Positions 56,101 through 64,000 of a stretch of 64,000 nt of DNA are shown here, in pieces; within the stretch, counting starts at the first letter, position 1; every line of letters begins with the position of its first letter. The stretch is taken from positions 1-64,000 of the forward strand of contig MU008154.1 of assembly GCA_010909165.1 (NCBI GenBank), in the 5' to 3' direction. The notes under the pieces are model-generated. The model was not told the origin of the DNA. It saw nothing but the letters and a program-made list of their open reading frames with translations, and made no database searches. This DNA is from Anthoceros angustus (lineage: Eukaryota > Plantae > Anthocerotophyta). The position numbers and the translations under genes were made by a program.

Positions 56101-57468
56101 CAGAAAAAGCTTTCACTGCAGCTATGGCACATACTATCCCAAGAGCGCCATCGTACCGGCCTGCATCAACAACCGTGTCCTGTGCCAAACCACTAGCTCA
56201 GGTGCCTCCCTTTCAAAAAGGACGCGAATGATGTCAAGCTAAGGACCTACAAAACGCAGCTTACCAGGTGGGACCCTAGAAGAAGTGCCGGGGCCGAAGC
56301 ATTTCCGCCATTTGTCCGACCATGGACATTTCCGATGTCATCTATCCATCTGCGACAATCAGAAATCACAATCTGAAATCCTTAAATGCATCAAAATATT
56401 TGGTGCAACTAGAAAAATAATAACGGAGAGGTGGACGGCACTCACGTTACGAGACCAGCGTCGCGCATCCATCCTGCAACAAGTTGAGCTGCCCTCAGCG
56501 ATGCTGGACTTAAAAAAGTCCGCTCTAGAAAATTCGGAGAGTCGCTCACCTACAATGACGCATGCCACGCAGAACACTGTCAACAAACAGACCGTTCAGT
56601 CGAATTCAGCAAAAAGCCGCTCGATCATGCTTCCGTTCACTTACAGCTCCAAGTTCAGACAGTCGTCGAAGTGGTTCATCCCTCAGTAATGTCTGTCGAT
56701 CAGCCCTGCGATCTTCACGTTGCAGGCTCCAGCCTGAACGCAAACCACGATGGACAATTCAGACGCTTCACACACTGCAGAAAGATAGACAAGCTTATCG
56801 ATCTCTGCAGTCGCTAAGGACTCGTATAAAATCAAAACAATCAATTCCGACTCCGAATGACCACAACAACTACCAATTCTCAAACTCCCAGATTAGCCAT
56901 CATGAGACAAACACTCTGGCAGCTCAGAGTACAAGAGAGCGCACGAAACAAGATTTGTCAAGCAAGCTCGCAATCACCTCAGAATTCATGGAACCACATC
57001 CAACCTCCCTCCAACACCAAATCCACAACCGCTTCACACAGCAACGATCAAACAACGGAAACCAACCCTAGAGAAATTTTTCCGCGCACACCGATACAAA
57101 ATTTGGTCTACTCCTAGGAGCACCTGGTCTGAGCTCCCACTGTAACCGCAAAACTCACAACACAGAAGACGCAAACTCCACAAAAATTCTACCGCACACT
57201 CATAGCTGAGCTGCAATTCAACCTGAAAAATATTGCTGTGTTGCACCGAGATGCGCATGCAGAAGAGCCAGCAGAAGAACGCAAAGAAAAACTGCCTGAG
57301 GCACAGCAGACCGTGAGCAGCAGGACGCAAAAGTGCGCCGCGACGCCATGGAAGCAGGTGGCGGGAGAAGGCATGCCGGGAGTCTGAAACAAGAAAAGGA
57401 GAAGGGATTGTGGCAGCGGCAAGCATGGCGGGGAGGATGGACGCGGAGAAGCGAAGACGAGAGCACAT
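53191..57468 (-). CDS. AAH: Allantoate amidohydrolase (allantoate deiminase, M20 family), multi-exon; contains a 1.08-kb internal duplication
   Basis: VSDSPNFLERTFLSPAS, LLLGSHL|DTVVDAGRYDGALG, IAFSDEEGVRFQSTFLGS, VHIEQGPILE, GTQGHAGTVPM, NVIPGE, SGAGHDAMA, GGFSHSPAE. Start is ATG 57468 or 57426. Confidence 0.93.
54393..56557. repeat. 1.08-kb tandem duplication inside AAH (probable uncollapsed overlap)
   Basis: Copies start at 54393 and 55474. Junction motif CACC(T)ACAATG at 54393, 55474 and 56547. Differences are mainly homopolymer lengths. Confidence 0.92.
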
Positions 57469-57937
57469 AGTGCTGGAGCAACCAGAACCGGTGGCTTCAC
57501 ATGTATGCAGGTATTATGAGCAGTAAACTATAATATACTCACGGTCTTGCACACGGTGTGCTTCCGGTGTGCTTCCGGTCTTCCGGACACCACGCTGTCG
57601 GGACCGTCGGAACTGGGGCCCTTCAACAGAATTGTGTCCAGACGTTCCAGAAGACAGTTTTTTGCTTGGCTGCGCGCGCTCACTTATCCATGTATATCCA
57701 TGTACATAAATAGCTCTTAAGTGTTTAACGCTTTTTAACTAAGCTTAGGCTATCTACCCGGTTAGCTGTCCTGCTATGGGCTACCGCCGGTAGTTGCAAG
57801 TGCTGGATATGTATACATCTCGAGTTAGGATTTAGTATACGTATGCATGTGCAGATCGACGAATCGTGAGACGTCTCAGCGACTTTATCGACTCTGCGTC
57901 TTGAGCAGCAAGATGAGCGGGATTCCGGTTGTGCAGA

Positions 57938-58635
57938 ATGACAGACGACAGGTGCGCACACGGGATGCAGGAGATTCAGGTGCTGAGCTTGAAGAATGAT
58001 GCGGGGAAGCTCAACCTGGAGGTGGCCCAGACTGTGATACAGGAGATAGGACAACTGGAGCGCCGAATCTTTCCCAAGCACGAGTCTCTCTCTTGCAGCC
58101 TGCAGCAGGAAGTGCAGCGCAGAAATTGCTGCGTGCTGTACGCTGTTTGCGACAGTGCCTGCTTGCTAAAGCAACAGCAAGGCAGTGTTGCAGGGTATGT
58201 TTTGTACTCGTGTGCAGCATTAGTGGCATCCATCACCAAGCTAGCAGGTTTGCAGCTTCTCAGGCTCTTTTCGGTGGGTCTTCGCTTGGAGTGTTCAGCG
58301 GCTGAATGAGGCTGTTTTTTTCTGTCACAGTGAAGGAAAGCTGTCGGAAACGGGGGTGTGGAGAAGCACTGCTGCGAGCCGCTTTACAGCGGATTCGTGA
58401 GAGGCGAATTTGGTGCGTGAATCTTCATGTGGATACCTCTCGGGAACCGGCATTGGGTCTGTACAGGAAGCTGGGGTTCACCGTTGACACGCTCGTGCAA
58501 TCCTACTACGCACCGGGCCGAGATGCTTACCGGATGGTGCTAACCCTGGAAGATGGTCCTCCTTCCACCGGACTTGGCATGACCGCGAGGAGCCTTGGTC
58601 GGCTCACTGTCTTCGGGTGCACAGCAAGGGACTGA
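57938..58635 (+). CDS. GNAT-family N-acetyltransferase (RimI-like), 2 exons (57938-58247, 58331-58635)
   Basis: LERRIFPKHESL...ASITKLA|VKESCRKRGCGEALL (acetyl-CoA motif A)...LHVDTSREPALGLYRKLGF...YYAPGRDAYRM. Confidence 0.9.
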
Positions 58636-58662
58636 GGTGGCTGGCAGGATTAGGAGATCAGG

Positions 58663-60463
58663 ATGTGTCCACCTTGCCTGCGGGTGGACTTCGTGTCCGG
58701 GGTTTGCAAGCTTTCTGTAGGAGCTAGGGTGGGGCTTCAGCGGGCCCTGGGACTGGGGACAAGGCCTAGTGGAGCTGTCAGGGTTCGCCGGGGGCTGTGT
58801 GTTGGTGCCATGGGGGATGGTAAGGCCATGGGGGATGGTAAGGAGCGCGGAACCCTATTTGGATATCGTATTGTGCTGGTGAGTCCACAGGAGGCTGGGA
58901 ACGTTGGATCCGTATGCAGGCTTGCTGCCAATTTTGGTGAGGACCTGTGCCAGCCGACTTCTGTCTTTGCCGATTGATTTATTTCTTTCAACCTGCTCAG
59001 TATCGAGTTTGTTGGATGGGACTGCTCCTCTGCAGCTGCACAGTTTCTTTTGATTGGGTGTTGATGTTTTAGTGCCGTTTTGTGGAGGCTTCTCCTATAT
59101 GCTCCAGAGTGCAGGGATATTTGGCTGGTACGCCATTCTACAGTATGGACATATGTGTAGTCTTTTTGTGGCAGAGTTTGTGTGTGTCTCAGCCAGCTGA
59201 GAGGGTGAATGTTCCTTGCAGGTTGATCCACAGTGCGATTACAATGGGCCAGTGGGACATGCTATGGCTGCTAACGCTGTGTCCAGACAATTGATGGAAA
59301 ATGTTCACGTCTCTGCAACTTTAGCAGACGCTCTTAACGATTGCAATAAGGCATTTGACCTTCCTCTTGGTGCTGGCTGCTATCCATGACGCAGTCCTGC
59401 AAGTTCAGATTTTGGTGAAGCGGATCATGCGTGCTGCTGATTAGTTTCTTGGCTAGTTGTTCCAGGCTATAGCTTTCACCAGGCGAAAGGGAGCATTGCG
59501 CATTCCAAACATGTCTCTTTCAGAAGTGCCCTTGCCACTTCCCAGTTGCACTGTTGCAGTAAGTGGTGCACAGACCTCTTTCCTTACTATGTCAACAATG
59601 TCCGCTGTCACATTTATTTACTGGTGCATTCTCTAAATGCACAAAAATTGCATAGTCCTCTAGTATGGATTTGGTTGGCAGCTCGTGTTTGGCAGGGAGG
59701 ATACTGGTCTCACCACAAGTGAAGTGCACCAATGCACTCAAATCTGCTCTATCCCCTCGGGGAAATGGGAAGGATCCCTAAGTAAGTTAATCATGCATTT
59801 AAGATTTCTAGCAGGTCCAAACGCAGTCGATCTGGTTAGCCGCTGCTGCCCAATAGTTCCGCAGCATGTTGAAGTTAAGTTTACGCATGACGCTGTCTTT
59901 TAAAGGCTGACCACAGTTACCCTCTTCTTTCGGGTTATAGACCTGAGTCATGCGGTAGCTGTGGTTCTATCACGACTCTACGAAAATGCTGCTGAGACGG
60001 AGGCTCCTCCGAGACCGCTGGACTTGCCCACCTTCAGATGGGCTTTCAAGACGGCTTCAGGTCTGTTGCGACACTCGCTGTGGTGTAGTATCACAGGGTG
60101 ACAACATCCCTTGGACTGCAGTTCTCTGGATTGCTACCTGTGTGTACTCTCTTAGCGTGCTCATTTCCGGAGATTAATTGGTGTTTGGGAGCAGGTTCTG
60201 CATCCATTGGGGAGATTGAGAACCTTCTGTCGAGGTGGACCACGATTATTCCTGTAATGAGTAGAGCGGCATTTAGTGCAGGAAAAGCAGAGTTTAAGGA
60301 TCCCGAAAGGTTCATTGGTCACGTGAGAAAAATCTTGCAGAGAGGAGCACCTTCGTCACGGGAAGTCGCTTATTTGCAAGGATTCCTCACTTTGGCTGGA
60401 AATGTTGCTTCAGTTCTGTTGGAGAGGACTGAAGCGAAGGCAGACGCAAGAGAAGGTCATTAG
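58663..60463 (+). CDS. SPOUT/SpoU-family RNA 2'-O-methyltransferase, TrmJ-like, probably organelle-targeted, multi-exon
   Basis: IVLVSPQEAGNVGSVCRLAANF, AIAFTRRKG, LVFGREDTGLTTSEVHQCTQICSIPS, SL|NLSHAVAVVLSRLYE, and a C-terminal REVAYLQGFL. Confidence 0.88.
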
Positions 60464-60537
60464 ATTCCATTTGTGCTCTTTGACTAGTGTACCAGAAAGT
60501 AGTACAATTTCAGCCGCTCATGAGCAACTCTCATCAG

Positions 60538-61676
60538 TTAATTGCCCTTCCAAGAGGGCGTGAGAAACTGCTGGAAGGCAGTCCACACTGAAATGTCCCA
60601 GGTCTCATCATGCGATGCTATAAGGCCCTGGTCATTCACAGTATATCGAGTAGTTCCTGCACGGACGACACGAGAAGACAAGTAAAGTCCTGCATTTAGC
60701 AAACGCCTGAACAGCAAGGCCAAAATCACTCACGCCGACTTCCAACCTTCATAGGGGGAGATGTATGGTCGCCATGGAAACTTCAGGTATCTGTGCACAC
60801 ATAGCATCAGTTGAAACCACTCTGGAGTCTTCAAGACTGAGCTTCTTAGTATATGAAAACATTACCCTCTAAGCCTCCATCTGACGTCGATTGTGCGGGG
60901 ACTACTGACTTCGATAGCGAGCAGTTCATGCTGAGACACGCTAGGATCGAACAGAAACTGAATGGCCGCTACATATTTATCCACCCCTGTGACTACCGTG
61001 GTAGGATCTGTGAATCTGTTGCATCCAACCAAGACCTTTTACGATTAAGCATCAGCAACTAGTTACTATCTTCGCACACGAAAACTAGTTAGGATGGAAA
61101 CCGTCTTCACCTGCAATTCTCGTCGTAGATGCTTCGAGACAGATTCCCAGTGACATAGTACTGGCCCTCAGTTATGTCGCTAACAATGCGGTCCTGTAGG
61201 AGTCACACCGGGTGAGGAATAACTTGCACCACACTTGTGAGAAAGGCCTGGTGTTGATGTCGCGAGAAGACGCTACCTTCACTTGTTCGATAGACAGCTT
61301 GTCCTCACTTGCCAATGCCGACACAGTGCCCCACCCAGCTCCAACGACAAATGCTGCTGGCAGGATCGCCAATTTCAAAACAGCCGCCCTTCTTCCCAGC
61401 TGATCGTTGCCTTCACCTGCATAGCACTGGCATCAGCAGGAGTCTAAGAAGGGGGCCAAAGACATCCCCAATAAGAAAAACAGGGCATGTTCGAGCTGCA
61501 CTGCAATGCACTGAAAATGCACAAACCATAGAGACAGATTTGCAAGTGGTAAGTGGTGCTTGACGCTTCCACCGTCTGCTCCACACACGGTTGAGCATTG
61601 CGGCCCTCGAGGTTGCAGTTTCAGAGACCACCGGCCATGGTGGCGAGGCCAGGAGAAGCGGAGGACCCATCGACAT
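60538..61676 (-). CDS. DUF2358 (NTF2/SnoaL-like) protein with a plastid/thylakoid-type presequence, multi-exon
   Basis: GRRAAVLKLAILPAA..ALA presequence; GQYYVTGNLSRSIYDENC, YLKFPWRPYISPYEG, GTTRYTVNDQGLIASHDETWDIS. Confidence 0.8.
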
Positions 61677-62193
61677 GACCAGCAGAAGTGGTAAAACATT
61701 AAACTCGAGGCTTTTAAGTCACCTTTGTCATCCCAGGTGAACATCGAAAGATTCTTCACTGTCTACAAATTGTCTCTTTAATGACCGGTGTCAAGGAAGA
61801 CAAAAGAGAGTACCTACAGTAGAATGCGCGGAGAAGTGACCCTAAAACGGTGCTGCATTGCTTCTGGGTGTGCAATGTGGAACTGTATGGTTTGATATGT
61901 TGTCATGGACGTTATAACTGTTTCGGCACCGAGATACATAAGGATTCCAAGTTCCCATATCGCCCTCAAATTTCATTTCACCATCCTTGGGGATGAAAGA
62001 GTGTCAAGCAACGTCCAATGCAGAGGAGGATGTTGGAGGCCAGACATCAGGATTCGAAGGAGCAGCTTGCAGCTGCCGTGGGCACAGTGCTTGACCTCTT
62101 CCAGTAGGACAAAAATTGTAGAAAATACAATGAAGCCGTGATCATTGGCTACATGATCCATCAACACTCGCTACCGGATGTGGCAGTTATGCT

Positions 62194-64000
62194 TTACGTC
62201 TTAACACTTTGCTCCTCGTCTTCCAAGATTCTCTTCAGGTATTCATAAGTCATGAATGAGAGGCCCGCGGCAGGCATCAGCTTCAAACAACTGGGGCCTA
62301 GCCCTCGGTACAACCCCTGCAATCCCTGTTCTTCAAAAATGCACGACAAAGCATGCAAAGTGCCCCTGTAAACAACCCGCCCTTTCAGAGCACCAACCTG
62401 CATCTGCTTCCGAGCTACCTCTAGTGGGAAAGTGAGTGTGCTGGCAAACGCTCCAGCAGCAGAACCGATCAATAAGGTCTCCAAATTCCCCACATGCTCA
62501 GTTTTGAAGACCTGCTTGTAAACGCTACGCAATGTATCATACGCAAAATAATTCGCTCCAGCGTATGGGATTATTCCAATCACACTAGGAACAAGGCCTC
62601 GATAGAGCTCAAATGGGCCCTCTTCTGAGACTATTCTCCACAGGGCATGGATAACTCCTCGATATTCGTCAGGCTGCAAGTACCACAGGATTCCTCAGGT
62701 GCTAAGAACTAAAAGTACCCTTTACAGCAGGAACAGGGCTTCATTGCAACAACATATCTGAAGCACTGCATGATTCAGAAAGACTGGAATCTGTACCTGC
62801 ACCGTCAAGCGTGTCTTCAAAAGCTCTAATGGGTACATGCATACCGTTGCTGCGATTCCAGCTGCTGAGCCTGCGACTGAGGAGATTGGTAGGGGGATCT
62901 TGGACTGCTTCCCCTCCTTTGGGGTAAGAGCCTTTTTCACAGACTCATATGCGAAAAGCTGCGCACATAAACCTTTCAGCTTAGCAAACCAACTAATGCT
63001 ACACACACCACAAGACACAATGCCCATACCCAAGAGCTTTCACTCATCGATCATGTACATGTTCAGCACATGCGCACGGTAGAGGGGAACAGAAAATGTG
63101 CAGCACAGGCCACGGCCTCTCTAATCATACAAGAACACACGGCTGCCTCATGACAGACTAGCCATGGACCATGCACCTCACCTCAATGGCCTTGCTAGGA
63201 GCCACTCGGATGACATTGATTGCATTGCCTCGGAACAGTCCTGTCCAGCCTTCATGGGCCATGATCCATTGGAAAACCTCCTTCACAGACCTACCATGGC
63301 TTCCCACCATCAAATGTGTCCTGATTGTCTCCAATGGTGCAACTGCAGTGCGAGACACAGCTCCTGCAATTGCCCCACTCAACAATCTTTTACCAGACCG
63401 TCCTAGTTTCAACTTAGACGTGGCCCTCCCCATAGGTGCGGCAACCTCAGGCTCTGCTTTCTCCTCGTCTGCTTCCTCCTCGTCCGCGACATGGAGTTGG
63501 CCTTGAACTTCTTGAGCTCTAGCAACGCATAGTAATCCAGCCAACTGGGGATTGAGGTCCTTCCCAGCAACATCCACAGTGCGAGCTAAAGCGTGCTGCC
63601 GAAGGTTAGATTTTGGCCTCACTGCTCCAACGCTCGACTTACTAACCAACTCGTCCAGTCGCACCGTCTGGTGCCCAGACTCAATAACCAGTTCCGGACC
63701 TTCGAAGCTCTGAACACGGGAATTGAAGCTGAACAGCTGAGCATCCGGCGAAATCGCTATGCGAGAAGAATCAGCCCTGACAAGGCCTCTATCCGCTACA
63801 GGAGATCTTGCAGCAGGCTGCTGCTTCCATCCCTTCTCACCCACCGCGACAACAGGTTCCGAATCCTTCCGTTGCAGAAACAATCTAAGCCTAGAGAAAA
63901 GGGGGACAGGAGAGAAATCGGATGCATCAGAGTCGTAGTTGGAGTCAGGGGAATGTGGGGAGTACTCCACATGGGTACCGGGAAAGAGCTGATCCACGGC
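62194..64000 (-). CDS. BT1: Mitochondrial-carrier-family adenine nucleotide transporter, Brittle-1-like; the 5' end probably lies beyond the window
   Basis: Three carrier repeats: SGAIAGAVSRTAVAPLETIRTHLMVG...GLFRGNAINVIRVAPSKAIE|LFAYE, YPLELLKTRLTVQ, FPLEVARKQMQVG...GLYRGLGPSCLKLMPAAG. The frame is open to the window edge. Confidence 0.92.

Noticed and set aside
47199-57468. Functional nutrient cluster (vacuolar phosphate transporter next to a ureide-catabolism enzyme)
   Set aside because: Adjacent unrelated housekeeping genes are expected in a compact genome. I noticed no shared regulatory motif such as P1BS.

Overview
Eukaryotic plant nuclear DNA with GT-AG introns of about 80-300 bp and very compact gene spacing. 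I infer a non-seed land plant (hornwort- or lycophyte-like). From left to right: (1) 1-9.5 kb holds decayed LTR-retroelement remnants, a Tc1/mariner-type MITE and small tandem repeats. (2) Two tandem three-exon metallothionein genes and a NUDT14-type Nudix hydrolase follow. (3) A minus-strand Ty1/Copia element (5' LTR and PBS at about 41.1-41.3 kb) has its pol split by a 20.3-kb insertion (16364-36646) flanked by the direct repeat TATGG. (4) 47-64 kb is a dense host-gene block: SPX-MFS/PHT5, allantoate amidohydrolase, a GNAT, a TrmJ/SpoU methyltransferase, DUF2358 and a BT1 carrier. The main finding is the insertion. It carries two different intron-containing Sola-type DDD transposases (Sola2-like and Sola1-like). 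Head-to-head with the Sola1-like gene is a frameshifted gene for a ParB/Srx-like domain plus a bacterial-type beta-class amino (N4-C/N6-A) DNA methyltransferase, with GC-rich perfect palindromes in non-coding segments. The motifs were read by hand across frameshifts and no database searches were run. Many frameshifts and several kb-scale tandem duplications look like unpolished long-read or assembly errors, so the element may be more intact than it appears.
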